Shown in pieces: positions 1 to 10,921 of a DNA stretch of 53,765 nucleotides (position 1 is its first letter; the number at the start of each line of letters is the position of its first letter). Source of the stretch: an uncultured Candidatus Saccharibacteria bacterium (GTDB taxonomy: Bacteria; Patescibacteriota; Minisyncoccia; Phycocordibacterales; CAIZLB01). The notes under the pieces are model-generated. The model was not told the DNA's origin. It did no database searches and worked only from the letters and a program-made list of their open reading frames with translations. The stretch spans positions 1 through 53,765 of the forward strand of contig CAYIYJ010000001.1 in assembly GCA_964367655.1 (NCBI GenBank), read 5' to 3'. Both the position numbers and the translations under genes were made by a program.

Positions 1-1975
1 CTTCTTCTGTTAGAGTTTTTTCGTATGACTGGAATACGAATCGGTAGGCGTATGAGGTTTTATCTTCTTTTGGGAATTTATCAAAACAAAAATGGTTTTC
101 TATCAGGTCGGATTTCTTAGCCTGAGTTTCCATGAAAAGATCTACATCTTCTTTATTTTGGGAACCAAAGAATGCAATATCTCTAGACATGGCTGGGTAG
201 ATTGAGGCTTTTTTGTATGTTTTTTCTTCTGGAGATTTGTATCGTGAGATATTTTTTACCAAATTATCTAACATATTCGCATCTACCAATTTCTCTAATT
301 TTTGAAGATCTAATTCTGAGGTATTTCCAGAATTATCAAATAAGTCTCCGAAAGATGTTTTCTCAATATTAAAGATATTCATTAAATCAATACATATTGT
401 ATTAATAAAACCTACCGCGTTTTCACCTTTAGGCCACTTAAATACACCTACTCCAAATGATAAATGATTTGATTCAATTACATTAGGTTTAGCATCAGTA
501 AAAACATTTCCAATTTCAAATAATTTAACCTTATCTTCATCTTTAAATACAGTTCTATCTTTTGACACCAAATCCAAATGTTTTATGTTGTACTCAAGAA
601 CCTTTCCCAGGTTAACAGAAAGTTTATTTCTTAATGCGTCTCTTTCTGCGGTAAGAGAGTTATCCAATGAAACCACATCAGCCCATTGCTCTTTATTATC
701 AACCAACGTATGCAACTTCACCTCATCAAATCCAGCATTCACAAAATAATCTCGAATCACCGCCTCCAGTTTATCCATATTTTCCTTAAGACCCTCTACT
801 TTATCCTTTTTAGGCTCTACGTACTCCAAAAAGTCATATCCTTTATTTCTCAAAAACTCATCAACAACATCCGCCTGAGACACTAGATCTGATCTATAAT
901 GCGGTTGAGTTACTATATAAGTATTATCATCTTTCTTCTCAACTTTTGCCCCGGTTTTAGGCAATATATTCTCAAGAAATTCTCGTAACAAAGCAGGTAC
1001 CCGAGAATCTTCTTTGTTAACTGCAACAGATGCAGATGCAATATCTACAGATATCTTCCGAAGTTTATTTGTATCAAGAAGTGTTTTTATATCAGCAGAC
1101 ACCTGAAGCTCTCCGACTTTTGCATCAGGAAAAACATGCTTAATCATATGTAAGAATGTTTGTTGTCCAACCAAAAAACGTTCAGCTGTTAGGTTTTGCT
1201 CAAATCGTTTTGAAGAATCATTCAACAGGTTTAATCCTCGTGCAGTTCGCCTTACTTTTACAGAATTAAAATGAGCGGCTTCAAGATATATATTTTTAGT
1301 ATTAGAATCCACTTCAGCCTTGATACCACCCTTGACTCCAGCAATAGCAAGTATATCTTTATCGTCTCGTATAACCAAAGTTCCTGTAGGGAGAGCAATC
1401 TCTTTTCCACCAAGTATAGTTATCTTTTCCCCTTCCAAACTCTTTCCTACACGTATCTGCCCTTCTACTTTATCAGCATCGAACGCGTGTAGAGGCTGAC
1501 CACTATCGAACATGACAAAATTTGTTAGATCAACAATAGTACCTCGACTCTGTTGCCCAAGTATCTCAATACCCATCTTTACCCAATCTGGACTTGTCGT
1601 ATTCGCAACACCTTCTATCTTAGTCAAAGAATACATCTGGCAATCATCAGCAACATCTGCATCAACAAGATTCGAATCTGTTGTATATGTAATACCATCA
1701 ACCGAAAGATCCGCAGTATACAAATTGTACACTTCAGGAGAAAGAATGAGTTCGGGAACTAGAAGTGCCAACTCGAGCGCAACATATCTAAGAGCGTATG
1801 CATATGGTGCACGATCTGCGGTTAGTTTTAGATCATAGATAGTATCACCATCTTTTTCCTCCACACTCTCTACTTCAAATGCACGCATAGTGAAAAGTTC
1901 AGCGACTTTGTCAGGTGCTGGCACTAATTCTTTGTTTGTAAAATAGCCTTTAAGCCAATTGTGTGAGATCAACAT
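1..1975 (-). CDS. pheT: phenylalanine--tRNA ligase beta subunit; 3' part lies outside the window
   Basis: My own minus-strand translation from the ATG at 1975-1973 gives MLISHNWLKGYFTNKELVPAPDKVAELFTMRAFEVESVEEKDG, a canonical PheT N-terminus. It starts 12 nt downstream of pheS. It is missing from the ORF track because it has no stop codon in the window. The + strand track ORFs at 686-886 and 1271-1838 are antisense artefacts. Confidence 0.85.
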   Translation of the reverse strand, partial: MLISHNWLKGYFTNKELVPAPDKVAELFTMRAFEVESVEEKDGDTIYDLKLTADRAPYAYALRYVALELALLVPELILSPEVYNLYTADLSVDGITYTTDSNLVDADVADDCQMYSLTKIEGVANTTSPDWVKMGIEILGQQSRGTIVDLTNFVMFDSGQPLHAFDADKVEGQIRVGKSLEGEKITILGGKEIALPTGTLVIRDDKDILAIAGVKGGIKAEVDSNTKNIYLEAAHFNSVKVRRTARGLNLLNDSSKRFEQNLTAERFLVGQQTFLHMIKHVFPDAKVGELQVSADIKTLLDTNKLRKISVDIASASVAVNKEDSRVPALLREFLENILPKTGAKVEKKDDNTYIVTQPHYRSDLVSQADVVDEFLRNKGYDFLEYVEPKKDKVEGLKENMDKLEAVIRDYFVNAGFDEVKLHTLVDNKEQWADVVSLDNSLTAERDALRNKLSVNLGKVLEYNIKHLDLVSKDRTVFKDEDKVKLFEIGNVFTDAKPNVIESNHLSFGVGVFKWPKGENAVGFINTICIDLMNIFNIEKTSFGDLFDNSGNTSELDLQKLEKLVDANMLDNLVKNISRYKSPEEKTYKKASIYPAMSRDIAFFGSQNKEDVDLFMETQAKKSDLIENHFCFDKFPKEDKTSYAYRFVFQSYEKTLTEE

Positions 1976-1986
1976 ATATTTTAAAA

Positions 1987-2730
1987 TTAAAACCATCTAC
2001 TAAATCTAATATCCCCGCTCGACATATCTCGTATATCATCAATACCGTACTTAAGCATCACCAGACGCTCAAGACCCATACCAAACGCAAAACCACTATA
2101 TTGTTTTACATCCTCAGAACTCAACTGCCCACCGTATTGTTTGTCCAAACCATGTTGCAAGACTTCCTCATGCATCAAGCCAGCCCCGCACACTTCAAGC
2201 CATCTATCTTTCCAAAAAATATCAACTTCAATGCCAGGCTTCACGAATGGAAAATAACTCGCTCTGAATCTAACCTGGATATCATCACCAAAATATTTTT
2301 TAAACACATACGTAAGTGTATTTTTCAAATCTGCAATAGAAATCTGTTTATCAATACACACACCTTCAAGCTGATGAAACTCAGCCTCATGCGTTGCATC
2401 GGTTGCTTCATTTCGAAACACCTTACCTGCAGATATGATTCTTATTGGTGGAACGTTTTCGTTCATACACTTAATCTGTGCATTTGAAGTATGAGTTCGC
2501 GGTAACAGTTTTTGCCCATCACGTACATATCCATCAGGCATCCAAAATGTATCTTGTGCATCTCGAGCTGGGTGATCTTTAGCAACACGCAACGCGTCAA
2601 AGATCTTCCATTCAGTATCTATCTCTGGACCGTTGTATAGAGAAAAACCTATCTCAGAAAAGATGTCTGTGAATTGCTGGATTGTTTGAGTAATAGGATG
2701 CAAATGACCTAAGTTTTTTTGTGTATTCAT
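1987..2730 (-). CDS. pheS: phenylalanine--tRNA ligase alpha subunit (short form, catalytic core only)
   Basis: 247 aa with class II aaRS core motifs typical of PheS (HPARDAQDTFW, FRNEATDATHEAEFHQLEG, GFAFGMGLERL). pheT follows directly. Confidence 0.95.
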   Translation of the reverse strand: MNTQKNLGHLHPITQTIQQFTDIFSEIGFSLYNGPEIDTEWKIFDALRVAKDHPARDAQDTFWMPDGYVRDGQKLLPRTHTSNAQIKCMNENVPPIRIISAGKVFRNEATDATHEAEFHQLEGVCIDKQISIADLKNTLTYVFKKYFGDDIQVRFRASYFPFVKPGIEVDIFWKDRWLEVCGAGLMHEEVLQHGLDKQYGGQLSSEDVKQYSGFAFGMGLERLVMLKYGIDDIRDMSSGDIRFSRWF

Positions 2731-2733
2731 ACT

Positions 2734-3444
2734 CTACTTTCTTATTTTGGTTGATGTGGCAGGTGTTGTTGTAGCATTCTTCATTCGCTCTTTATCTTTT
2801 TTCCATTTTTTGATTTCAGGAATATAAGACTCTACTTTATCTATACCTTGAAATCCTACATACAACTTGTCGTTAATAACCAAACTTGGAGTTTGAGTTA
2901 CTTTGAAAACAGATGCCAGTGTTGCAAGCGCTGGAGTGTATGTTGAGAGATCAAAATAGTATATCCGTATTTCTGGATAATCACTTGTAATCTTATCCAA
3001 AATAATAGACTGGTTTGTACACTCTTTACAATCAGTACCATGGAAATACAGCACAGACACTATATTTTGTTTACATCTATCATGATATTCCTTACTTAAT
3101 AGGTAGTCCTTGATCTGTAGCAGTGTATAGTTCTTCTTTAAAGCAACCACGTCAGGGTTCTCATATCCAAGCTGGTTTTCCATGAACTTTATCCGAGACG
3201 CAAGATCTTGCAATTCAGAGTTAAATCCAATAGTACTTGTAGCTTGATCAACAATGTGTTCACACGAAGTTTTTTGAAGTAGCGAAAAACGTGTTTCAGC
3301 CGATAAGATATCGAGACTGATTTGACTACCCAACCCTCTTAAAGAGTCTATTTTTTCATCGTTAAATTTATTACTCAACCAGATGGCAAAGCTAAAGATA
3401 AACAGAGTGATAATAAATGTATATATGTATCGTTTCCAGTTCAT
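2734..3444 (-). CDS. membrane-anchored thioredoxin-fold protein (CxxC)
   Basis: N-terminal TM helix (YIYTFIITLFIFSFAIWL) and a C-terminal thioredoxin/glutaredoxin-like signature (FHGTDCKEC ... TPSLVIND). Confidence 0.6.
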   Translation of the reverse strand: MNWKRYIYTFIITLFIFSFAIWLSNKFNDEKIDSLRGLGSQISLDILSAETRFSLLQKTSCEHIVDQATSTIGFNSELQDLASRIKFMENQLGYENPDVVALKKNYTLLQIKDYLLSKEYHDRCKQNIVSVLYFHGTDCKECTNQSIILDKITSDYPEIRIYYFDLSTYTPALATLASVFKVTQTPSLVINDKLYVGFQGIDKVESYIPEIKKWKKDKERMKNATTTPATSTKIRK

Positions 3445-3484
3445 ATTTTGTATAGTACGCTATTTTTAATAATATCTCTAGAGC

Positions 3485-4732
3485 CTATCTCCAAGTCACA
3501 GTCCGAGAAAATAACCAATCATATATAGAGCGTATCACCCATAATGGGGCGACATACCCGTACACAACGATAAAATACGGAATATTGTGAAAATTTTTGT
3601 GGGTAATCCGAGAAATATATCGACCAAGTAAGAAACCTGCGATGATGGCCGTATATATAAATAAGGACATCAGCGTTGTTGCCTTGGTATCAAAATAAAA
3701 CAGATCCCACGTTCCAAATGTAAAACCTTCCCAACCGACCAACATTATCTTATGAATAGAGGCAATAGTGGCAACCGTGACTTTATATATAGAGTATGAG
3801 AAAACAAAAACAAGGAGTACATACGCAAAAACACCTGCTGGTAGTGTGAATAAACCAAAATCTCTATATTTCTTATTTACAAACATGTGACGATAATCAA
3901 CCATGTTTCGAATAAAACCATAACTCCAACGAAGTCTCTGTTTAAACAATTTTTTAATTGTATCCGGACCTTTTGTACGAACAATCGCCTCATGACAATG
4001 ATCAATCTTCATACCATGTGAGTGTAGACGCATAGTCATCTCTCCATCTTCAAGTAGATACGCATGTTTATACCCACCAACCTTATCGAACACACCTCTG
4101 CGAAATATAGCAAATGCACCCGGCACCACAAGTACGGCACCGATTAACCCAAGCATTTTCTTAGTAAATGAAAAGGTTTGATATTCAATCTCTTGAGCTT
4201 TTTGTACGAAAGTTTTTGGGTTACCAATGAGAACAGTACCACCCAATGCCATGAGCTCGTGATCTTTTACAAAATAAGGTATTGCCTTATGCAGAGCTTG
4301 CGGTTCAATTGTTGTATCAGCATCAAAAGAAACAACCAGATCAGTTTTAACAAATGGTAGCGCGTAGTTCAAAGCAGTATATTTACCACCATTCTCTTTA
4401 CGCAACAGTGTGACTTGTGGATGTCCTTCATATACTTTCAACACTTGAGGAGTATTATCCGTACTACCGTCATCTATGATGATGATGTGCAATTTTTCTT
4501 TCGGATAATCTAGACCAAGAATCGATTCAACGGTCCCCAAAACAGTTGCGCCCTCATTCCAACATGGAAGCAGAAAAGAAACAGAGAGTTTCTCAGTATC
4601 AGTAAGGCTGATCGTTGGGATCTTGGGAGAAATCTTCTGTCTATGTTCAAAAAAAACCAACAGAAAAAACACCTGAATATAAATGGCTACGAACATGATC
4701 ACTTCGTACACCAATTCAAATGTTGTAATCAT
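3485..4732 (-). CDS. family 2 glycosyltransferase, multi-pass membrane, processive type
   Basis: 415 aa with the motifs DDGSTDNT, FDADT and QRLRWSYG (QxxRW), plus flanking TM helices. Confidence 0.8.
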   Translation of the reverse strand: MITTFELVYEVIMFVAIYIQVFFLLVFFEHRQKISPKIPTISLTDTEKLSVSFLLPCWNEGATVLGTVESILGLDYPKEKLHIIIIDDGSTDNTPQVLKVYEGHPQVTLLRKENGGKYTALNYALPFVKTDLVVSFDADTTIEPQALHKAIPYFVKDHELMALGGTVLIGNPKTFVQKAQEIEYQTFSFTKKMLGLIGAVLVVPGAFAIFRRGVFDKVGGYKHAYLLEDGEMTMRLHSHGMKIDHCHEAIVRTKGPDTIKKLFKQRLRWSYGFIRNMVDYRHMFVNKKYRDFGLFTLPAGVFAYVLLVFVFSYSIYKVTVATIASIHKIMLVGWEGFTFGTWDLFYFDTKATTLMSLFIYTAIIAGFLLGRYISRITHKNFHNIPYFIVVYGYVAPLWVIRSIYDWLFSRTVTWR

Positions 4733-4804
4733 AGATAATTAAGACTCTAGAATTTTTATAATAATAGTCATACTATAACATATTTTCATTTAAAAGACAA
4801 AAAA

Positions 4805-5281
4805 CTATCTGTTTGGCAATAATACACGATCTACCATCGTATATTTTTTTTGATAGTCACCCCATCTAAAAAAAGATGTGTGCTCTGACATGTACTTAAA
4901 CGTATCTCCAACTCCCCCTTCCGATGCCGAAGTTACAGAAAATGAATCGAATCTGCTGTTTGAAATATGTATCACTTTAGAGTTATGTACTATCGATAAA
5001 AAACCATCGACAATTTTAAATGTAACTACAGCATCTCCTGATTTCCCCATAAACATACGCACATCACCTATCGACAGATCAACACCTTTAGCTGATAACA
5101 AATATGTTTGCATTGTACTCATATATACATACACATCAATAGCATGTACATATCGAGACATACCTCTTTCAAAAATCTTTTGCATGTACACAGTAGTAGT
5201 CAGCACAGTAATCATGCATATTGAAAATATGGCTATATATACTAATAATTCAATAAGTGTGGCACCTGTATTTGTTTTCAT
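4805..5281 (-). CDS. type IV pilin-like / pseudopilin protein
   Basis: N-terminus MKTNTGATLIELLVYIAIFSI is a prepilin-type cleavage/methylation motif (G|ATLIELLV). Lies in the operon with the PilB/PilC-like genes. Confidence 0.75.
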   Translation of the reverse strand: MKTNTGATLIELLVYIAIFSICMITVLTTTVYMQKIFERGMSRYVHAIDVYVYMSTMQTYLLSAKGVDLSIGDVRMFMGKSGDAVVTFKIVDGFLSIVHNSKVIHISNSRFDSFSVTSASEGGVGDTFKYMSEHTSFFRWGDYQKKYTMVDRVLLPNR

Positions 5282-6483
5282 AGGATTAATAGATGTTGTA
5301 TCGATACTATCGATACTGTTATATATAGATGACCATCTGTGCAGGTGTACGAGGTCATACGCCCAGGCAGGTCAAGACTATATTCGAGTGATAAACTTTG
5401 ATTATTACCAACAGACCATACCTGTAATTCTTTTTCGGAATTTGCAGTGAAAGCCAAAAACTTAGAACTTTGTTTATCGTGAACAACCTCTAAAGCATCC
5501 ACGGTCCCATACGTTCTTGCCGAATCAAGCATGGTCAAAGATGTATCGAGAAGTGTGAGCTCATGAGATCCTAGAGTTCTTCCAAGCACTGCATACGGAT
5601 ACATGGACAATATGCTCTTACCGTTACCGATAGATAGCGGCGCATCGTATTGCAACTCCTCCAATCCATCAAAAGAAATTTTCTTTAGTTCAGGATCACC
5701 AGCGGTAGTTACAAGTAATGATCTACCGAACACTGCCGCATGATGCGCCTGACCTCCGAGCTCTATTTCCCTATGTGGCGCACTCACATACATCGTGGTA
5801 GTGCTTAGGTTCAGAAAAAATAATTCACCTCCAGCATTATTTTTTTCAGTACCAAGAACTAATTGTTGCCCAAACATTGCTAAAGTACGTGGCATAGACA
5901 AACTTTGCGAGAGTGAGTTTATCTTTATACTTTGAATTTCTTGAATTACAGAAGATGTACTGTTGATACTGGTATCTATTTTGAAAACTTTCACATGACT
6001 GTTCACACTTGTGTTTGCAACAAACATATACGGAGGCATGAATACTGCACCCCTAATACCTGGACCAACATCCAAAGCTGCATCAATATAGACTTGATCA
6101 CCTTCCAATCTTCCTACATATATATCAGCCTCCGTTGTAGAAGCAGAATCTCCAACAAAAACAATCTTGCGTTGTGCACCGTCAAGAAATACAAACATCC
6201 TGGTGATCACAGTTGATGTGGAAAATAAATTTCCAAGATTAACATCTTGCACATTACCGTTCTTGGAATCATCAGGATTAAACATATAACACGATGCGTC
6301 TCCGTACGGGTATCTGACTAGGTTTTGTGATGAGGTTGAAATAAGCGCACTGTCTGATAGCATACGATACATAGTTTGAGAGTACTGAAAAACAAACAGC
6401 ATACATATCGTAAATACACTAACTGCGATAACAAGCTCAAATACACTAAAACCTTGTATATATGTAGACGATTGTTTGTTCAT
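5278..6483 (-). CDS. large pilin-like protein with prepilin-type N-terminus
   Basis: N-terminal QGFSVFELVIAVSVFTICM prepilin-like motif followed by a ~370 aa globular part. Overlaps the downstream gene by 4 nt (ATGA). Confidence 0.65.
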   Translation of the reverse strand: MNKQSSTYIQGFSVFELVIAVSVFTICMLFVFQYSQTMYRMLSDSALISTSSQNLVRYPYGDASCYMFNPDDSKNGNVQDVNLGNLFSTSTVITRMFVFLDGAQRKIVFVGDSASTTEADIYVGRLEGDQVYIDAALDVGPGIRGAVFMPPYMFVANTSVNSHVKVFKIDTSINSTSSVIQEIQSIKINSLSQSLSMPRTLAMFGQQLVLGTEKNNAGGELFFLNLSTTTMYVSAPHREIELGGQAHHAAVFGRSLLVTTAGDPELKKISFDGLEELQYDAPLSIGNGKSILSMYPYAVLGRTLGSHELTLLDTSLTMLDSARTYGTVDALEVVHDKQSSKFLAFTANSEKELQVWSVGNNQSLSLEYSLDLPGRMTSYTCTDGHLYITVSIVSIQHLLIL

Positions 6484-6484
6484 A

Positions 6485-7528
6485 TTATTGAAAGGATTGC
6501 GTTAGTTGATACATAGGCACAATAATAGAAATACAGATAATAAGAACCATGAGACCGACACCAACAATGAGAGCTGGTTCAATAAACTTTTGAACTCGAT
6601 CAAGCAAAGTATTCAACTCTTGCTGTATATGTGCATGACACACCAAAAACACCTCAGACAACAAGCCTGTTTGTTCGCCAGATTTAATAATCGATTGCCA
6701 GTCTTTTAACTTTTTATAAATACGTGCATCAAGTAACATCATACCTTCTGCACAAGTTCCACCCTGACCAACGTATGACTCAAGTGCTAAAAAACTACGA
6801 CGTACAGAACTGCTAGATACTGATTTATTGGAAAGAATAATGGATTCAAAAAGAGGTATCTTAGTAGATAAGCATATATACATAATCTGTAACCATTTCT
6901 CTAAATGCCAGTACAGATACACGTCTCGAACATATATAGTTCGATTCAGTATGTATTGTTTTACCCTATTTGAGTATGTTGTATACGTAATATTATTTCT
7001 AAGCCATATATGCATGGCGATAAAAAACATCACAATAATACTATCTACCCACCAAAAACGAATCACATGTTCACTCAACGCAATCAACATCGACGTTGTG
7101 CCAGGTATCGTATCCATACCTTGAAACAACGGAGTAATCTTCGGAACAATAAAAACCAGTATCATTGCAAGTAAACCACCAGATAACAGAAGTACTAGCA
7201 GAGGATATATGAGCAGCGATACAAGTTTTGTTTTCTGAGCAAAACGCATATTGAGAAGTGTACTCAATGTACAGAAGATCTCTTTTAGCATCGAAGTCTT
7301 CTCCCCTATCTCAATAAGAGAAAGTTCTGTATGGGAAAATATATACGGATACTCATTACACACAACCGATAAACGTGTTCCTGTTTGCAACTTCTCATAT
7401 ATATCTTTCGTATACACATCTTCTCCAGCAATAAAAACCGCATCAACTAAAGACTGTCCTGCCTGAAGATAATAAAAAATCTTTTTATACCAAAAAGAAC
7501 GATATTGTGTATGTTTTAAAGTTTTCAT
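6485..7528 (-). CDS. type II secretion / type IV pilus platform protein (GspF/PilC family)
   Basis: 347 aa polytopic membrane protein with two GspF-like repeats. Overlaps the upstream ATPase gene. Confidence 0.8.
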   Translation of the reverse strand: MKTLKHTQYRSFWYKKIFYYLQAGQSLVDAVFIAGEDVYTKDIYEKLQTGTRLSVVCNEYPYIFSHTELSLIEIGEKTSMLKEIFCTLSTLLNMRFAQKTKLVSLLIYPLLVLLLSGGLLAMILVFIVPKITPLFQGMDTIPGTTSMLIALSEHVIRFWWVDSIIVMFFIAMHIWLRNNITYTTYSNRVKQYILNRTIYVRDVYLYWHLEKWLQIMYICLSTKIPLFESIILSNKSVSSSSVRRSFLALESYVGQGGTCAEGMMLLDARIYKKLKDWQSIIKSGEQTGLLSEVFLVCHAHIQQELNTLLDRVQKFIEPALIVGVGLMVLIICISIIVPMYQLTQSFQ

Positions 7529-8646
7529 GAAAAAATATCAAGATTAATTCTTTTAATCTCTTCTTCGGTAGTAACGTGTCGACTATACATCTCACTACAA
7601 GCATCTCGTAACAACACATGTCCCGAATCAACTAGATATCGCTCTATCTCGTATGCAGTCTTTTTTTGATGAATCATATCACGGACCTGAGAATCCACTT
7701 GAACAAGCTCAAACACACCTCTACGTTCTCCATACAGACCAATCGAATAATCAAACACTCTGACAAGTCTTTGACTTAAGATCAAAGATACTGCAGATGA
7801 GAGAAGATATGCTTCTATACCCATATCTATCAATCGAGGAATCACAGAAGCAGCACTTGGTGCATGGATTGTGGTTAAAACAAGATGACCCGTCAAAGCA
7901 GTTTGCACTGCGGCCATCGCAGTTTCCTTATCGCGAATCTCGCCAATCATGATAACGTCAGGATCTTGACGTAAGATACCCCGTAAAGCTTCTTTAAAAC
8001 CAAAACCTTTTTCTACCGAGATAGGAATTTGTCTAATAGTCGGTACAACTGATTCAACAGGATCCTCTATGGTCACAATATTCTTTTCTGTAGATAGCTC
8101 CTCAAACATAGATGTGTTTATATCTATTCCTCGTGCAAGATATCTTAAAGCAGCATATAGCGTACTTGTTTTTCCTGACCCTGTCGGACCAGCAACAATG
8201 ATCAATCCCGATGTTTTACTTAACGAATGTTTAAACTGTACAGCCTGAGAATGAGTCATTCCCAATTCCATAAAACTACTACCTCGCATAGCGTGAGGTC
8301 GTAGTATTCGCATAACACAGTTTTCTCCAAAGAACGTTGGTGCGATCGATACTCGCACATCCAACTTCTCTCCCGTTGACTTTGATACAAAATAGAATCT
8401 CCCATCTTGTGATCGATCGTGTACATCAGAACGTAATGCAGCCAATACTTTAATCTTACCAATACAGAGATCTAACAGATCACTTTCAAAACAGCCACCC
8501 TCATGCATATGACCTGCAATACGGAATCGTACAAATACAGCAGATTCCCTTGGATCAATGTGAATATCTGACGCCGAAAGAGCAACAGCTTTTTCAATAA
8601 GCGATGAAATAAATATGTATATATCTTTTTTCGCAGAAGGATTCAC
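7525..8646 (-). CDS. GspE/PilB-family secretion ATPase (short form)
   Basis: Walker A GPTGSGKTS, the Asp box, and GEIRD ... TGHLVLTTIHA motifs typical of PilB/GspE. Confidence 0.85.
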   Translation of the reverse strand: MNPSAKKDIYIFISSLIEKAVALSASDIHIDPRESAVFVRFRIAGHMHEGGCFESDLLDLCIGKIKVLAALRSDVHDRSQDGRFYFVSKSTGEKLDVRVSIAPTFFGENCVMRILRPHAMRGSSFMELGMTHSQAVQFKHSLSKTSGLIIVAGPTGSGKTSTLYAALRYLARGIDINTSMFEELSTEKNIVTIEDPVESVVPTIRQIPISVEKGFGFKEALRGILRQDPDVIMIGEIRDKETAMAAVQTALTGHLVLTTIHAPSAASVIPRLIDMGIEAYLLSSAVSLILSQRLVRVFDYSIGLYGERRGVFELVQVDSQVRDMIHQKKTAYEIERYLVDSGHVLLRDACSEMYSRHVTTEEEIKRINLDIFS

Positions 8647-8718
8647 TCACCTAGTAAAACATATATAAGATATGCACACGGCAAATAAAATCTCAAGAAA
8701 AACCTAAGTTAAATCCTT

Positions 8719-9486
8719 CTAATGTGAAATACGTTTTATATGCAAAGCCAGCGCAGGTACGTTTAAGGCATTACCTAATTTTTCAGCCAGAGTCCTCATG
8801 TACGTACCAGAGGAACAACTTACAGTAACAGTAACTATTGAAAAAACAACTTTTTTTTCTTCAAGCTCCTTTTTCCACAGTTTCAAAATCTCTTTAATAC
8901 GAAAATCTCCAGGCATAACACAAGCATCTAGATCTGTTTTTATTCTCATCAAAAGATCTTCAGAATTAATATCTTTAACATCAACAAGTTCTAGTTTATA
9001 TATCTGAATTTCTTTTTCTCGCACAACATCAGCGTTATTTGAAGTACGACTTAACATCGGTGATGAGTACGTTGGATACTCCCACGTAAACTTTCCAATA
9101 AATTGAGGTATTGTTTTCTCCAATAATTCTCTGTCTATATTTTTTATCTCAACTTTCTGTATCTTACCTAACACATCCCCAGTATCGGTTGATGCACCAA
9201 ACAAAACTTTAACCTCATATGTTTTATCTTTTTGCATCAATGTATTTTTTAGATCCATATCACCATTGAATAAGATATCAAACCATCCTTCCGCCATAGG
9301 ATCTAAACGACCAACATATGTCATAGGACCCACGTGCCCAACCGAGCTCCTGATCTCTTCTAAAACTTGAAGTGGTGTATACCCTATCTTTTTATATGCA
9401 GACATATATCCATCTACAACATGAGACATGTCTATATCTGTATATCCAGAACCTGAATCCGGAGTTTTTAAGAAGTGATCATACAT
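8719..9486 (-). CDS. truB: tRNA pseudouridine(55) synthase-like protein
   Basis: Catalytic GRLDPMAEG motif followed by KTYEVKVLFGASTDTGDVLGKI, which matches the TruB architecture. Confidence 0.75.
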   Translation of the reverse strand: MYDHFLKTPDSGSGYTDIDMSHVVDGYMSAYKKIGYTPLQVLEEIRSSVGHVGPMTYVGRLDPMAEGWFDILFNGDMDLKNTLMQKDKTYEVKVLFGASTDTGDVLGKIQKVEIKNIDRELLEKTIPQFIGKFTWEYPTYSSPMLSRTSNNADVVREKEIQIYKLELVDVKDINSEDLLMRIKTDLDACVMPGDFRIKEILKLWKKELEEKKVVFSIVTVTVSCSSGTYMRTLAEKLGNALNVPALALHIKRISH

Positions 9487-9536
9487 ATATAGTGACTATA
9501 CCCTCTAAACCCTAAATATGCTATATATAACAACAT

Positions 9537-10793
9537 ATGAACGAAAAAGACACCACAAAAAAACTATCTACAGACTCCTATAAAGGGGTGCGGGATTTTT
9601 ACCCTGCAGATCTTTTTGTTCAACATTATATCTTCGAGACATGGCGAAAAGCTGTACAAACTTTTGGATATGAAGAATATGATGCATCAATCCTAGAAAA
9701 TTCTGAGATCTATAAAGCCAAGTCCGGACAAGAACTTGTGAATGAGCAAACATACACCTTTATTGACCGTGGCGAGCGAGAAGTAACTCTCCGACCTGAG
9801 ATGACACCAACCCTTGCACGTATGGTAGCAGCTCGAAAACGAGAACTTGGATTTCCACTACGACTCTTCTCTATTCCAAACTGTTTTCGATATGAACGAC
9901 CTCAACGAGGACGACTACGTGAATTCTGGCAATTAAACGTTGACCTTCTCACAAAAAAGACAGGTGTACGCTACGATGTTGAGATATTGCAAGTTGTCAC
10001 TCGTATCATGTCTGCATTCAATGCAAAACCTGAAGATTACGAGATTAAGATCAACTCTCGTTTGTTTATCAATGCTCTATATACAGAGTATTATGGATTA
10101 ACAGCGGAGACTGCTACACAATTTCAAAAACTTGTAGATCGAAAAAACAAAATCAGCCCAGAAGAGTTTGCTGCAGAATATGCAAAACTATCAAATAAAA
10201 AACTACTAGACATCAACAACCCTGACGATCTTGAGACTATAAAAGCATTACCCGGTGCCCAAGCTCAATTTGAAGCGATAGTTGAAGTTATGAGTTTGTG
10301 TGCTGAGGCTGGTATTACAAATATCACGTTTGATGTAGATGTAGTTCGAGGTCTTGATTATTATACAGGGCTTGTATTTGAAGTATACGACACCAACCCT
10401 GAAAACAATCGAGCTCTTTTTGGAGGCGGACGTTATGACAACTTGGTCGACATGTTTGAAGGGCCAACAGAAGAAACAACCATCTCAGGTATTGGTTTTG
10501 GTATGGGCGATGTTGCTATGGCAAACTTTTTAGAATCACGAGGATTGGTTCCAACATACACTGCCAAGACAGATACACTTGTATGTGTACTCGATGAATC
10601 AGAAAATATATTATCGTATGCAGATGAAGTCGCATCAGAACTAAGAACTGAAGGAAAAAATGTAGCTGTTAACTACACAGCCCGTAAATATCCCGACAAT
10701 GTAAAACTTGCAGAAAAACTTGGTATAAAAAATATCGTTGTAATTGGAGAAAAAGAAGTGTTGGAGAAAAAGTTTGAGGTTAAAAGTCTATAA
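9537..10793 (+). CDS. hisS: histidine--tRNA ligase
   Basis: 418 aa with class II motifs (LRPEMTPTLAR, FRYERPQRGRLREFWQ, GGGRYDNL, GFGMGD) and a C-terminal anticodon-binding domain. Confidence 0.93.
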   Translation: MNEKDTTKKLSTDSYKGVRDFYPADLFVQHYIFETWRKAVQTFGYEEYDASILENSEIYKAKSGQELVNEQTYTFIDRGEREVTLRPEMTPTLARMVAARKRELGFPLRLFSIPNCFRYERPQRGRLREFWQLNVDLLTKKTGVRYDVEILQVVTRIMSAFNAKPEDYEIKINSRLFINALYTEYYGLTAETATQFQKLVDRKNKISPEEFAAEYAKLSNKKLLDINNPDDLETIKALPGAQAQFEAIVEVMSLCAEAGITNITFDVDVVRGLDYYTGLVFEVYDTNPENNRALFGGGRYDNLVDMFEGPTEETTISGIGFGMGDVAMANFLESRGLVPTYTAKTDTLVCVLDESENILSYADEVASELRTEGKNVAVNYTARKYPDNVKLAEKLGIKNIVVIGEKEVLEKKFEVKSL

Positions 10794-10883
10794 ATCAGTT
10801 CATGAATCAAGTCAGTTCGAAGGCTATTACTGCCCTTGTATATATCCATTATAGCACCCCATTGACAAAGTGCAAGGGGTGTC

Positions 10884-10913
10884 TTGACATGGGTGTTGAC
10901 ACACACGTATAGT
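10884..10913 (+). promoter_or_regulatory. sigma70-like promoter of the ABC transporter gene
   Basis: TTGACA (10884-10889), an 18-nt spacer, then TATAGT (10908-10913). The ATG at 10922 is only 8 nt downstream. Confidence 0.55.
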
Positions 10914-10921
10914 AAGTGGAT

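Noticed and set aside
686-1838. Plus-strand ORFs inside the first 2 kb
   Set aside because: They are antisense to the pheT reading frame, which translates cleanly on the minus strand from 1975.
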